Source of the DNA: Alphaproteobacteria bacterium
GTDB lineage: Bacteria > Pseudomonadota > Alphaproteobacteria > VGDZ01
DNA: 64,000 bases
Direction: 5' to 3'
Assembly: GCA_016869515.1 (NCBI GenBank)
Contig: VGDZ01000010.1
Span: forward strand, 238 to 64,237
The notes below the pieces were generated by a model. The model was not told the DNA's origin and did not search any database. It saw only the letters and a list, made by a program, of their open reading frames with translations. Position 1 is the stretch's first letter, and every line of letters starts with the position of its first letter. This document shows positions 30,298 through 40,410 of the stretch, one piece after another. Both the position numbers and the translations under genes were made by a program.

Positions 30298-31854
30298 ATG
30301 GATACTTGGCTTTGGATCGTCCCTGCCTTGGTCGTGCCGGTCGCGCTGGTGGCCGGCGTAGCTTGGGGCGAGCGGCGCGCGCGCCGGCAAGCTTCGGAAC
30401 AGGCGCGGCGGCTCGATCAGTTTTCCGCGGCCATGTCGGACTGGCTGTGGGAAATGGATCGCGATTTCCGTTTTACCTACATCTCGGACCGGGCCGAGAA
30501 GGTCACCGGCGAGCCACCCGGCGTGGCCATCGGCAAGACTCGAAGGGAACTGGCGATCGCGGCCGAGGCCAAGGTCGGCGGCGATATCGAAGCCATCACC
30601 GAGGCCGAGGCCGCCCGCGAACCCTATCGCGACGTGGTGCTGCGCTATGTTCGGCGCGATGGCCAAGTGCGCTGGTTCCGCACCAGCGGCCTGCCGATCT
30701 TCGATCGTACCGGCGGCTTCCAAGGCTATCGCGGCGCCGCCAGCGATATCACCGCGTTGATCCGCACCCAAGAGACCCTGGCCGAGCGCCAGAAGCTGCT
30801 GGAGTCCACCCAGCGCGTCGCCTCATTGGGCTGGCGGGTGATCGACTTCGTGGCCGATACCCGCATCTGGTCGGACAATGCCCGCGCCCTGTTCGGTCTC
30901 GCATCCGATGCGCCCCTGACCATGCGCAGCTGGATGGCGGCGGTTCATCCCGATGACCGCCCGAGCCTCAAGCTGATCGAGGACTATCCCGGCCATCACG
31001 GCACGCGCTCCTATCGCGTCGTGCTGCCGGGCGGCAAGGTCCGCCATCTGCGCGAGGAATTCGAGATCGAGCGCGATGTCGACGGACAGCCCACCCGCGC
31101 CGTCTGCACGCTGTTGGACGTGACCGAGCTGGAATCGGCGCGACTGGTGGCCGAGGCCGCCAATCGCGCCAAGGGCGAGTTCCTGTCGACCGTCAGCCAC
31201 GAATTGCGCACGCCGCTGACTTCGATCAAGGGAGCGCTTGGTTTGATCGGCGGCGGGGTGGCTGGACCCTTGCCCGAGCGCCTCAAGACCCTGGTCGACA
31301 CCGCCAACCGCAATGCCGAGCGCCTCGCGCTGCTGGTCAACGACGTGCTCGATCTGCAGCGCATCGAGGCCGGTCGCCTGGAATTCCATTTCAGCCCGCA
31401 CAATCTGGCGACGCTGATTCCGCAGGCGGTCGACGCGGTGCGGCCCTATGCCGCTCAGTTCGACGTGACCTACCGCTTCGTGTCGGCGCTCGATCGCGCG
31501 CGCGTGCGGATCGACGCCGATCGCCTGATGCAGGTGATGAACAACCTGCTCTCGAACGCCGCCAAATTCTCGAAGTCCGGCCAGACGATCGAGATCGGAT
31601 TGGCCCGGCACGGCAATGGATTCCGGATCAGCGTCGCCGACCAGGGCAGCGGCATTCCCGAGGAATTCCGCGGCCGCATCTTCGAGCGCTTCGCTCAGGC
31701 CGATTCCTCGGATACCCGGCGCAGCGGCGGCACCGGGCTGGGCCTGGCCATCACCAAGGCGCTGGTCGAGGGCCAGGGCGGCAAGATCGGGTTCGAATCG
31801 ACCGTCGGCGTCGGCGCGACCTTTTTCGTCGATCTGCCCGAATTGCCGGGATAG
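30298..31854 (+). CDS. PAS-PAS sensor histidine kinase with one N-terminal TM
   Basis: SDWLWEMD...GYRG..SDIT (PAS), VHPDD (PAS), SHELRTPL, NLLSNAAKF, GGTGLGL. Confidence 0.92.
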   Translation: MDTWLWIVPALVVPVALVAGVAWGERRARRQASEQARRLDQFSAAMSDWLWEMDRDFRFTYISDRAEKVTGEPPGVAIGKTRRELAIAAEAKVGGDIEAITEAEAAREPYRDVVLRYVRRDGQVRWFRTSGLPIFDRTGGFQGYRGAASDITALIRTQETLAERQKLLESTQRVASLGWRVIDFVADTRIWSDNARALFGLASDAPLTMRSWMAAVHPDDRPSLKLIEDYPGHHGTRSYRVVLPGGKVRHLREEFEIERDVDGQPTRAVCTLLDVTELESARLVAEAANRAKGEFLSTVSHELRTPLTSIKGALGLIGGGVAGPLPERLKTLVDTANRNAERLALLVNDVLDLQRIEAGRLEFHFSPHNLATLIPQAVDAVRPYAAQFDVTYRFVSALDRARVRIDADRLMQVMNNLLSNAAKFSKSGQTIEIGLARHGNGFRISVADQGSGIPEEFRGRIFERFAQADSSDTRRSGGTGLGLAITKALVEGQGGKIGFESTVGVGATFFVDLPELPG

Positions 31855-31860
31855 ACCGAA

Positions 31861-33267
31861 TCAGGCGCCGGTCGCGTCCTTGAGCCGGGCCAGGCTTTCC
31901 TCGCGTCCGAGCGCCGCCAGCACGTCGAAGATCGGCGGCGAAACGCTGCGCCCGGTCAAGGCGGCGCGCAGCGGCTGAGCGGCTTGGCCCAGCTTGATCG
32001 CCTCGACCTCGGCGAAGCGCTTGACCACGTTCTCCAATGCCGGCGCGGACCAATCCTGAGCCGACCATAGCGCTTGAGACAATCGCATCAGGCGGTCGCG
32101 CGCCGTCTGATCGAGCAGCCTGGCGGCCTTGTCGTCGAATTTTAGCGGCCGCGTCTCGACCAGGAACAGGGCCGAATCCGCCAACTCCTCGACGGTCTTG
32201 GCGCGCTCCGTCAGGCCCGGCATCGCCGCCGCCAAGCGGGCGCGCTCGAAATCCGCCAGCTTGCGGCCGAGACCCTTTTCCAGCCGCGCGCCGGCCAGAT
32301 CGCATAGACGTGCGGCATCGGCCTGACGCAGATAGTGGTAATTGACCGCCTCCAGCTTGGCGAAGTCGAAGCGTGCCGCCGATTGGCCGCAATGGTCGAG
32401 ATCGAACCAGGCCACGGCCTGCTCGGTGGTGAAGATCTCGTCGTCGCCGTGCGACCAGCCGAGGCGGGCGAGATAATTGCGCAGCGCCTCGGGCAGATAG
32501 CCCATGTCGCGATAGGCCTCGACCCCCAGCGCGCCATGGCGCTTGGACAGCTTGGCGCCGTCGGGGCCGTGGATCAGCGGGATATGGGCATAGACCGGCA
32601 CCGGCCAGCCCAGCGCCTGGATCAGCTGCATCTGGCGGGCGGCGTTGTTGAGATGGTCGACGCCGCGGATGACGTGGCTCACCGCCATGTCGTAGTCGTC
32701 GACCACCACCGACAGCATGTAGACCGGCGTGCCGTCCGAGCGCAGCAGCACCATGTCGTCAAGCTGGCGGTTGTCGAACACGACCCGGCCCTGGACCTTG
32801 TCCTCGACCACGGTCTCGCCGTCCTGGGGCGACTTTAGCCGGATCACCGGCTTGACCCCGGGCGGCGCCTCGGCCGGGTCGCGGTCGCGCCAGGTGCCGT
32901 CATAGCGCACCGGCCGGCCTTCGGCCTTGGCGCTGGCGCGCATCGCCTCCAACTCCTCGGGCGAGCAATAGCAGCGATAGGCCTTGCCCGCCGCCAGCAG
33001 CCCATGCGCCACCTCGGCGTGGCGCGCGGCGCGGGCGAACTGGTGCACCACCTCGCCGTCCCAATCCAGTCCCAGCCAGCGCAACCCGTCGAGGATGGCG
33101 GCGATCGCCGGCTCGGTCGATCGTTGGCGATCGGTGTCCTCGATCCGCAGCCGGAAGCTGCCGCCGTGATGGCGGGCGAACAGCCAGTTGAACAGCGCGG
33201 TGCGCGCCCCGCCGATGTGCAGGTAGCCGGTGGGCGAGGGGGCGAAGCGGGTGACCGGGGCCGGCAT
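31861..33267 (-). CDS. gltX: Glutamate--tRNA ligase
   Basis: [25 protein letters not shown]. Confidence 0.98.
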   Translation of the reverse strand: MPAPVTRFAPSPTGYLHIGGARTALFNWLFARHHGGSFRLRIEDTDRQRSTEPAIAAILDGLRWLGLDWDGEVVHQFARAARHAEVAHGLLAAGKAYRCYCSPEELEAMRASAKAEGRPVRYDGTWRDRDPAEAPPGVKPVIRLKSPQDGETVVEDKVQGRVVFDNRQLDDMVLLRSDGTPVYMLSVVVDDYDMAVSHVIRGVDHLNNAARQMQLIQALGWPVPVYAHIPLIHGPDGAKLSKRHGALGVEAYRDMGYLPEALRNYLARLGWSHGDDEIFTTEQAVAWFDLDHCGQSAARFDFAKLEAVNYHYLRQADAARLCDLAGARLEKGLGRKLADFERARLAAAMPGLTERAKTVEELADSALFLVETRPLKFDDKAARLLDQTARDRLMRLSQALWSAQDWSAPALENVVKRFAEVEAIKLGQAAQPLRAALTGRSVSPPIFDVLAALGREESLARLKDATGA

Positions 33268-33304
33268 GGCGATATCCGCGAAAAGGGCTTTACGAGGCCG
33301 CCGA

Positions 33305-33333
33305 GTTCTAGCCAAGCTGGCGGACCATGCCAA
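33305..33333 (-). promoter_or_regulatory. Putative sigma70 promoter of gltX overlapping the comEC start
   Basis: Minus strand TTGGCA-N17-TAGAAC (GCTAGAAC fits the Caulobacter GCTANAWC -10 consensus). Confidence 0.45.
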
Positions 33334-35474
33334 GCGCGCTGAGCCGATTGTGGACCCGCCTTGCCGCCGCCGCCGACTGGCGCGCGGCGCTGCTGGCCGA
33401 GCACGATCGCTGGGGGTTGTGGCTGCCGGTGGCGATGGGTCTCGGCATCGCGCTCTATTTCGCCTGGCCGAGCGAACCGCCGGGCTGGGTCGGGCCGGCG
33501 GCGATGGCTTTGGCGATGGCGCTGGGATGGATCGGCCGCGGCCGCAGCGAGGTGCTGGCGCTGGCGCTGGGGTTGGCGATGCTGGGCGGCGGCATGGCGA
33601 TCGTGCAGCACCGGGCATCGGACCGCGCGGCGCCGGTGCTGGAGCGGCGCATCGGCCCGGTCACGGTGCTGGGCCGCGTGGTCGAAGTGCAGGACCGCGC
33701 CGAGGGTTCGCGCCTGATCCTGGAAAAGCTGGCGATCGCGCGGCTCGACGGCGAGCGCATGCCGGCGCGCATCCGGGTCAATCTGCGCGCGGGGCAGGCC
33801 GATGTGCGTCCGGGCGATCAAGTGCGGCTGACGGCTTTCCTTCTGCCGCCGCCGCAGCCGGCTGCTCCCGGCGCCTATGATTTAGCCCGCGACGCCTGGT
33901 TCCAGCGCCTGGGCGCGGTCGGTTACGCCACCGGCCAGGTGCGGGTGATCGAGACCGGCGGCGGCAACACGGTGACCGAGGCGATCGAACGCCTGCGCCA
34001 CGACATCACCCGCCATGTGCGCGCGGCAATCCCCGGCGCGAGCGGCGCCATCGCCGCGGCGATGATGACCGGCGAACAGGGCGGGATCGCGCCGGAATTG
34101 CTGCAAGCCTGGCGGGATTCCGGCCTTGCGCACATGCTGTCGATCTCGGGCCTGCATTTCGTGCTGCTGGCTGGCGTCGTATTTGCCGTCGTGCGGCGCG
34201 GCTTGGCGCTGAGCGAATACGCCGCCCTGTATTGGCCGCTGAAGAAGATCGCGGCCGTGGTCGCTTGGGTGGCGGCTTTGGGTTATCTGCTGATCTCGGG
34301 CGCCAGCGTGCCGACCCAGCGCTCCTTCGTCATGCTGTCGATCGGATTGCTGGCAGTGCTGGTCGATCGCTCGCCCTTCAGCCCGAGGCTGGTGGCGATC
34401 GCGGCGTTGGCGGTGCTGGCGTGGACGCCCGAGGCGCTGCTGGGTGCCTCTTTCCAGATGTCCTTCGCCGCCGTGCTGGCCTTGATCGCCGCTCACGAGG
34501 TCTATGGCGCTCGGCTGCGCGCCTGGCGGGCCGAAGGCGGGGCGGTGCGTGGCGGGCTTTATTGGTTGGCGCTGTCGCTGCTGACGGCGTTGGTGGCGGG
34601 CCTGGCGACCGCGCCCTACGCCGCCTATCACTTCGATCGGTTTTCCAGCTTCGGAGTGTTCGCCAACATGCTGGCGGTGCCGGTGGCCAGCTTCTGGGTC
34701 ATGCCGCTGGTGGTGGCGGCATTCGCGCTGATGCCCTTCGGCCTGGACGGCTGGGCCTTGGCCGGCCTGGGCCTGGGCATCGATCTGCTGAGCGCCATGG
34801 CCAAGACCGTGGCGGCGTGGCCGGGCGCGGCCTGGACCCTGCCGGCGATGCCGCTTTGGGGCATGGCGGCGGTAACCTTGGGCGGGCTATGGCTGTGCCT
34901 TTGGCGCCAGGCTTGGCGGCGATTGGGCTGGGTGGGCGTGGTCGGCGGCTGTCTCAGCCCCTTCGTCACGCCGACGCCCGATCTTCTGGTCGACGCCGAA
35001 GGCCGGGCGCTGGCGATCAAGTCGGCCGAGGGCGGGCTGATGGTCGATGCGCCGCGCGGCGGCGATTTCGCGGTCCAGACTTGGCTAAGGCGCGCGGGCG
35101 AAGACCGGGCGCTGCCCTGGCCGCGCGGCGGGGTCTCGGCCGATGGCCGGCTGCGCTGCGACATCGAGGGTTGCGTCTGGCGCACCGAGGGGCGGGTGGT
35201 GGCGTTGCCGCGCACGGCGCGGGCGGTCGAGGAGGATTGCCGCATGGCCGAGATCGTAGTCACGGCGCTGCCGGTGCGCGGGCGCTGTCCCTCGGCGCGG
35301 CTGGTGATCGACGGCGAGGATCTGCGCCGCCGCGGCGCGCACGCGCTGTGGCTGGGGGCAGGCGGACCGCGGCTGGAAAGCGTCGGCGACTGGCGCGGGA
35401 CGCGGCCATGGGCTAGGGAGGTGCCGCCCGAAGCCGCCCGCACGCGCGGCGGCTCGGGGTCGAGGAGCCGTTGA
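33327..35474 (+). CDS. comEC: ComEC/Rec2 competence membrane protein
   Basis: OB-like domain [27 protein letters not shown], multiple TM; divergent from gltX as is typical in Alphaproteobacteria. Confidence 0.93.
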   Translation: MPSALSRLWTRLAAAADWRAALLAEHDRWGLWLPVAMGLGIALYFAWPSEPPGWVGPAAMALAMALGWIGRGRSEVLALALGLAMLGGGMAIVQHRASDRAAPVLERRIGPVTVLGRVVEVQDRAEGSRLILEKLAIARLDGERMPARIRVNLRAGQADVRPGDQVRLTAFLLPPPQPAAPGAYDLARDAWFQRLGAVGYATGQVRVIETGGGNTVTEAIERLRHDITRHVRAAIPGASGAIAAAMMTGEQGGIAPELLQAWRDSGLAHMLSISGLHFVLLAGVVFAVVRRGLALSEYAALYWPLKKIAAVVAWVAALGYLLISGASVPTQRSFVMLSIGLLAVLVDRSPFSPRLVAIAALAVLAWTPEALLGASFQMSFAAVLALIAAHEVYGARLRAWRAEGGAVRGGLYWLALSLLTALVAGLATAPYAAYHFDRFSSFGVFANMLAVPVASFWVMPLVVAAFALMPFGLDGWALAGLGLGIDLLSAMAKTVAAWPGAAWTLPAMPLWGMAAVTLGGLWLCLWRQAWRRLGWVGVVGGCLSPFVTPTPDLLVDAEGRALAIKSAEGGLMVDAPRGGDFAVQTWLRRAGEDRALPWPRGGVSADGRLRCDIEGCVWRTEGRVVALPRTARAVEEDCRMAEIVVTALPVRGRCPSARLVIDGEDLRRRGAHALWLGAGGPRLESVGDWRGTRPWAREVPPEAARTRGGSGSRSR

Positions 35475-35478
35475 GCCG

Positions 35479-36204
35479 ATGAGCGACGCCATTACCCTGT
35501 TGCAGGTCAGTTTCGAGCACAATTCCATCCCCGCCAAGTTTCGCCTGGCGCTGGATCCGCGCCATCCCGAAAGCAAGGCGATCGGCGCCGGCCTGACCCA
35601 GCGCAAGCTTTACATGAGCCATACTTCGGATGCGCTGATGGGTGCCTTGCAGGTGGGCGACGTGTTTCTGGATGTCGGCGCGGGCGCCGGCTGGTTTTCG
35701 CTTTTGGCCTCGGTGCGGGTCGGGGCCGAGGGGCGGGTGGTGGCCTGCGAGACCCGACCCGAGGAAAGCCTAGCCCTGGCGCGCAATCTGATGGTCAATC
35801 CCGGCCTGCCGGTCGCCAGCCTGCCCTGGTCGCTGGAGGAGGCCCAGGCCGGGCAGGGGATCGACGATCTGATACCGCTCTTGCCGTTGCCCAAGCCGCC
35901 GCGGGTCTTGCGCATCGCTGCCGGCGGGGGCGAGGCGCGGGTGCTGGCCGGCGCCACGCGGCTGTTCGATGTCAAGCCGCCGGCCCATGTCTTGGTCGAG
36001 ATCGACCGCGCAGCGCTGGAAAAGCGCGGTTCCAGCGAGGCCCAGATCCGGGGCTTTTTCAACGCCCGCAGCTACGAGACCTGGCTGGTCAACCAGGACG
36101 GCCGCGACATCTGCGGCGGGGAATCGATCAAGCGCCTGCCCAATGGCTACTACATCGAGCAGGTCAGCCGGTTTCAGATTTTGTTCAGCCACACCAAGGG
36201 ATGA
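35479..36204 (+). CDS. FkbM-like SAM-dependent methyltransferase-fold protein (degenerate motifs)
   Basis: VFLDVGAGAGWFSLLAS..VG..GRVVACE; G.EARVL.GA..L...VLVE. Confidence 0.65.
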   Translation: MSDAITLLQVSFEHNSIPAKFRLALDPRHPESKAIGAGLTQRKLYMSHTSDALMGALQVGDVFLDVGAGAGWFSLLASVRVGAEGRVVACETRPEESLALARNLMVNPGLPVASLPWSLEEAQAGQGIDDLIPLLPLPKPPRVLRIAAGGGEARVLAGATRLFDVKPPAHVLVEIDRAALEKRGSSEAQIRGFFNARSYETWLVNQDGRDICGGESIKRLPNGYYIEQVSRFQILFSHTKG

Positions 36205-36254
36205 TAAGGCAAACCAGTACATTTATATTTACTTGTAATATATTGATTTATAAT

Positions 36255-36288
36255 AAAAAACCACGCCAGCATGAACTGGCGTGGTTTG
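36255..36288. terminator. Bidirectional intrinsic terminator between the fkbM-like gene and lexA
   Basis: AAAAAACCACGCCAG-catgaa-CTGGCGTGGTTT stem with a long T-run on the minus strand. Confidence 0.85.
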
Positions 36289-36305
36289 TGAAGTCGGGCG
36301 AAAAA

Positions 36306-36944
36306 TCAATAGCGCCGGAACAGCCCCACCAACCGGCCCTGGATCTTGACCCGTTCGGGGTTGAAGATGCGGGTTTCGTAGCTGGGGTTGGCGGCCTCGA
36401 GCGCAACCGAATTGCCCTTGCGGCGCAGGCGCTTGAGGGTGGCTTCCTGGTCGTCAATCAGGGCGCAGACGATCGAACCGGTATCGGCGGCATCGGTCTT
36501 TTCCAGCAGCACGGTATCGCCGTCGTGGATGCCGGCTTCGACCATGGAATCGCCCTGCACCTCGAGGCAGAAGTGTTCGCCCTTGCCCAGGATCGAGGCC
36601 GGCATTTCCAGCATGGTCGAGCGGTCCGACAGCGCCTCGATCGGCGTACCGGCGGCGATGCGGCCATAAAGCGGCAGCTGGACCACCTTGTCCGCGCTCT
36701 CGACCCCGCGTGCGCCCGGCGGCAGCGAAGCGTCCGGGTTCTTGATCACGGCAAGCGCGCGGGCGCGATGCGGCAGACGGCGGATGAAGCCGCGCTCTTC
36801 CAGCGCCATGATCAGGCGGTGAATGCCCGATTTGGACTTGAGATTGAGGGCCTCCTTCATTTCGTCGAACGAAGGCGAGACATGGGTGGTCGCCAAGCGC
36901 TGGCTGATGAAGGTCAAAAGTTCATGTTGCTTCTTGGTCAGCAT
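36306..36944 (-). CDS. lexA: SOS repressor LexA
   Basis: [31 protein letters not shown] cleavage site, GDSM, TLKR. Confidence 0.98.
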   Translation of the reverse strand: MLTKKQHELLTFISQRLATTHVSPSFDEMKEALNLKSKSGIHRLIMALEERGFIRRLPHRARALAVIKNPDASLPPGARGVESADKVVQLPLYGRIAAGTPIEALSDRSTMLEMPASILGKGEHFCLEVQGDSMVEAGIHDGDTVLLEKTDAADTGSIVCALIDDQEATLKRLRRKGNSVALEAANPSYETRIFNPERVKIQGRLVGLFRRY

Positions 36945-37012
36945 GTGTATTCTCCTGTTGATAGGGGCCGCCCGGACGAACGAAACGGCGCTCCTCGAAT
37001 CCTTTACTTATC

Positions 37013-37042
37013 GTTCTAGCAAAGTTCCGATACCCTCGTCAA
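37013..37042 (-). promoter_or_regulatory. lexA promoter with alphaproteobacterial SOS box
   Basis: GTTC-TAGCAAA-GTTC (37013-37027) matches GTTC-N7-GTTC and overlaps the -10 (GCTAGAAC); -35 TTGACG at 37042-37037. Confidence 0.85.
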
Positions 37043-37069
37043 GCACTTCGGAACAATCGGGCAAAGGGC

Positions 37070-38284
37070 TTAGAACCCAACGGGATCGGCGGCCAGGGCC
37101 AGGATATCCACAGCTTCGCCGGCCTTGGCCGCAGCGGCGTGGGGGGCGCGAACGATCAGGGCCTCCGCCGATGCCAGGCGGGAAATCATCGAACTGTCTT
37201 GGGTGGCAAAAGGTGTCGCGACCAAGGCGCCATCGGCGCTGCGCGACAGGGTCGCACGCAAATAGTCCTGGCGGCGGTCATTGGCGGCTAGATCGCTGCC
37301 AAGACGCGCCTGCGCCATCGCCTGGGCACCTTCCGGCAGGCCCAGCAGGCGGTCGATGGCCGGGCGCAGGAAGACCAGGCCGCAGACCAGGGCCGAGACC
37401 GGATTGCCGGGCAGGCCCAGCATCGGCGTCGCACCCAGCTTGCCGAACATCAGCGGCTTGCCCGGGCGCATGGCGACCTGCCAGAAGTCGAGCTCCAGTC
37501 CCTGTTCGCCCAGCACGTCGCGGATCAGGTCGTGATCGCCGACCGATGCGCCGCCGATGGTCACCAACAGATCGGCGCCGCGCGCGCCCTCGACCATGCG
37601 GCCCAGCGCGCTGCGATCGTCGGGCGCGATGCCGAGATCGATCGCCTCGGCGCCGGCGGCGCGGATCAGCGCCGCCAGCGACAGCGCATTCGAACAGACG
37701 ATCTGGTCGGGCCCCAGCGGCTCGCCCGGCCGCACCAACTCGTCGCCCGTGGCCAAAAGCGCGATGCGCGGCCGCCGGCGCAGCGTCAGCCAAGGCTGAT
37801 TCATCGCCGCCGCCAGGCCGATATCGCGCGCGGTCAGGCGCCGGGGCGCCTGGATGCCGATGGAGCCTGCCGTGAAGTCGAGCCCGGCCCGGCGGATATG
37901 GCGCCCCGGCCTTGCCGCCTCGCGGATCGTAACCTGGTCGGCCTGGCGGGTGGTGTCCTCTTGGATCACCACGGCGTCGGCTCCGGCCGGGACCGGCGCG
38001 CCGGTGAAGATCCGCACCGCTTCGCCTGCGTTCAGCCTTCCGGCGAAACCGTGTCCCGCCGCCGACTGGCCGATCACCCGCAGCGTCACAGGTATCTGCG
38101 CCGCATCGGCCGCGCGCACGGCATAGCCGTCCATGGCCGAGGCATCGAAGGGCGGCTGGGTCAGCCGCGCCACCACCGGCGCCGCCAGCACGCGGCCCGC
38201 GGCATCGGCAAGAGCCACCGATTCCGTCCCCAGCGGCGCAAGGCCCGCCAGGATGCGGGCGCGGGCTTCGTCGACCGGGATCAT
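37070..38284 (-). CDS. moeA: Molybdopterin molybdotransferase
   Basis: PPFDASAMDGYA, IFTGAP, TGDEL, GGASVGDHD, MRPGKP, LPGNPVS. Confidence 0.97.
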   Translation of the reverse strand: MIPVDEARARILAGLAPLGTESVALADAAGRVLAAPVVARLTQPPFDASAMDGYAVRAADAAQIPVTLRVIGQSAAGHGFAGRLNAGEAVRIFTGAPVPAGADAVVIQEDTTRQADQVTIREAARPGRHIRRAGLDFTAGSIGIQAPRRLTARDIGLAAAMNQPWLTLRRRPRIALLATGDELVRPGEPLGPDQIVCSNALSLAALIRAAGAEAIDLGIAPDDRSALGRMVEGARGADLLVTIGGASVGDHDLIRDVLGEQGLELDFWQVAMRPGKPLMFGKLGATPMLGLPGNPVSALVCGLVFLRPAIDRLLGLPEGAQAMAQARLGSDLAANDRRQDYLRATLSRSADGALVATPFATQDSSMISRLASAEALIVRAPHAAAAKAGEAVDILALAADPVGF

Positions 38285-38285
38285 C

Positions 38286-38768
38286 TCAGCGCCGGTCGAA
38301 CCGACCCGACTTGCCGCCCGATTTGTGGGTCAGGCGCAGATCGGTGACGATCATGCCGCGGTCGATCGCCTTGACCATGTCGTAGACCGTCAGCGCGGCG
38401 ACGGCGGCGGCGGTCAGTGCCTCCATCTCGACTCCGGTCTGGCCGGTCAGCTTGGCGGTGGCGGCGATCTCGACCCGCGAGCGCTTGGCATCGCTGCTCA
38501 GTTCGACCGCGACCGAGCTGAGGGCAAGCGGATGGCAAAGCGGGATCAGCTCGCCGGTGCGCTTGGCGGCCATGATCCCGGCCAGCCGCGCCGTACCCAG
38601 CACGTCGCCCTTGGCGGCGCTGCCGGCCTTGATGCGCCGCAGCGTCGCCGGCGCCATCTTGACCGCGCATTTGGCCACGGCGACGCGCGCCGTCGCCGGC
38701 TTGGCGGCGATGTCGACCATGCGCGCCTTGCCGCGGGCATCGAAATGGGTCAGGCGCGCGCCGGCCAT
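38286..38768 (-). CDS. moaC: Cyclic pyranopterin monophosphate synthase
   Basis: [32 protein letters not shown]. Confidence 0.98.
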   Translation of the reverse strand: MAGARLTHFDARGKARMVDIAAKPATARVAVAKCAVKMAPATLRRIKAGSAAKGDVLGTARLAGIMAAKRTGELIPLCHPLALSSVAVELSSDAKRSRVEIAATAKLTGQTGVEMEALTAAAVAALTVYDMVKAIDRGMIVTDLRLTHKSGGKSGRFDRR

Positions 38769-38769
38769 G

Positions 38770-39621
38770 TCAGTTGCGCCGCTTGGCTAGGCGGTCGAAC
38801 TCGACCAGGCGGCCGATCAGATCGGGCATGTCCTTGAGCGGCACCATGTTGGGACCGTCCGAGGGCGCGCTGTCCGGGGTCTCGTGGGTCTCGATGAACA
38901 CCGCGGCGACGCCCACCGCCACCGCGGCACGGGCGAGATGGGGCACGAATTCGCGCTGGCCGCCGGACGTGCTGCCCTGGCCGCCCGGCTGCTGGACCGA
39001 ATGGGTGGCGTCGAACACCACCGGACAGCCGGTCGCGGCCATGATCGGCAGCGCGCGCATGTCGCTGACCAGGGTGTTGTAGCCGAAGGACGCGCCGCGC
39101 TCGCACAGCAGCAGGTTGGGATTGCCGGCGTGATCGAACTTTTCGACCACGTTCTTCATGTCCCAAGGCGCCAGGAACTGGCCCTTCTTGACGTTGACCG
39201 GCTTGCCGGTAGCGGCCGCCGCCAGCAACAGATCGGTCTGGCGCGAAAGGAAGGCCGGGATCTGCAGCACGTCGACCGCCGGCGCCAGTTGGGCGCATTG
39301 GGCCTCGGTGTGGACGTCGGTCAGCACCGGCAGGCCGGCCTGGCGCCTGACGTCGGCAAACACCGGCAGCGCGGCTTCGAGCCCGACGCCGCGGTTGGAG
39401 CGCACCGAGCTGCGATTGGCCTTGTCGAAACTGGTCTTGTAGATCAGGCCGATGCCGGCCGATTTGGCCAGGTCGCGCAGCTTGCCCGACATGTCGAGCG
39501 CGTGCTGGCGGCCCTCCATGGCGCAAGGCCCGGCGATCAGCACCAGCGGCAAGTCGTTGCCGAGGGTCAGATCGCCGATGCGGACGCGGCGCTGGGGCGC
39601 GGGCGAGGGTGGGGCGCTCAT
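38770..39621 (-). CDS. kdsA: KDO 8-phosphate synthase
   Basis: [43 protein letters not shown]. Confidence 0.98.
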   Translation of the reverse strand: MSAPPSPAPQRRVRIGDLTLGNDLPLVLIAGPCAMEGRQHALDMSGKLRDLAKSAGIGLIYKTSFDKANRSSVRSNRGVGLEAALPVFADVRRQAGLPVLTDVHTEAQCAQLAPAVDVLQIPAFLSRQTDLLLAAAATGKPVNVKKGQFLAPWDMKNVVEKFDHAGNPNLLLCERGASFGYNTLVSDMRALPIMAATGCPVVFDATHSVQQPGGQGSTSGGQREFVPHLARAAVAVGVAAVFIETHETPDSAPSDGPNMVPLKDMPDLIGRLVEFDRLAKRRN

Positions 39622-39703
39622 GCCCGCCGTTTAGCGGTTGGAAGAGGGGAGTGCAACAGGCGGAACCGGCTCCGCCGCCGGCTTGAAGGGGGTCGAACCC
39701 ATG

Positions 39704-39720
39704 TGATATCAATGATATCA
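39704..39720. promoter_or_regulatory. Putative FitAB operator
   Basis: Tandem palindromes TGATATCA-A-TGATATCA immediately upstream of the antitoxin RBS. Confidence 0.7.
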
Positions 39721-39735
39721 GAGAGGGGCGATGCC

Positions 39736-39984
39736 ATGGCTCAACTCGTGGTGCGCAGGCTCGACGAAACCACCAAGGCGCGGCTGCGGCGGCGCGCGGC
39801 GGCGCGCGGCCACAGCATGGAGGAAGAAGCGCGCATCATCCTGCGCGAGGCGGTCAAGACCGAGGGGCGAAGGCGGGTCGGTTTGGGAACCCGATTGCGC
39901 CGCCGCTTCGCCGGCATAGGCCTGACCGAGGATATTCCGGAAATGCGCGGCGGCGAGGCCAAGCCGGCGCCGTTCGACGAGTGA
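39736..39984 (+). CDS. FitA/StbC-like ribbon-helix-helix antitoxin
   Basis: MAQLVVRRLD...KARLRRRAAARGHSMEEEAR.IL; stop overlaps toxin start (GTGA). Confidence 0.88.
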   Translation: MAQLVVRRLDETTKARLRRRAAARGHSMEEEARIILREAVKTEGRRRVGLGTRLRRRFAGIGLTEDIPEMRGGEAKPAPFDE

Positions 39985-40406
39985 TCGTACTCGACACCAA
40001 TGTAATGTCGGCCTTGATGCGGGACGAGACCGAGCCGCGCGTCACCGCGTGGCTGAACGACCAGTCGCCCGGATCGACCTGGCTTACGTCCGTCACGGTC
40101 TTTGAAATCCGGATGGGACTGGAACTCTTGCCCCTCGGCCGGCGCCGTCGCCGATTGGAAGACGCATTCACCCGTTCCCTCGACGAGGATTTTGAGGGAC
40201 GGGTATGGCCCTTCGACCGCGCCGCCGCCGAGGCGGCCGCCGTCCTGGCCGCGCGTCGTCGTGCCATCGGACGTCCGGTCGAATACCGCGACACCCAGAT
40301 CGCCGGCATTGCCATTGCCCGGGGCGCGGCCTTGGCGACCCGCAATATCCGCGATTTCAGCAATTTGCCGGTGACGGCGATCGACCCTTGGCAGGTGGGG
40401 GCCTAA
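39981..40406 (+). CDS. vapC: FitB/VapC PIN-domain toxin
   Basis: IVLDTNV.S, E.R.G, D.QIAGIA, LATRNIRDF. Confidence 0.93.
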   Translation: MIVLDTNVMSALMRDETEPRVTAWLNDQSPGSTWLTSVTVFEIRMGLELLPLGRRRRRLEDAFTRSLDEDFEGRVWPFDRAAAEAAAVLAARRRAIGRPVEYRDTQIAGIAIARGAALATRNIRDFSNLPVTAIDPWQVGA

Positions 40407-40410
40407 CCCC

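Noticed and set aside
33305-33319. GTTCTAGCCAAGCTG upstream of comEC resembles the lexA SOS box (12/15 identical)
   Set aside because: Second half-site is GCTG, not GTTC; the shared GTTCTAGC is better explained as the minus-strand -10 element of the gltX and lexA promoters
36201-37019. 272-aa plus-strand ORF starting in the AT-rich patch
   Set aside because: Antisense to lexA and runs through a terminator; no family motif
39700-40410. TA module as part of a prophage, IS or genomic island
   Set aside because: No integrase, transposase, terminal repeats or tRNA target seen; flanked directly by core genes
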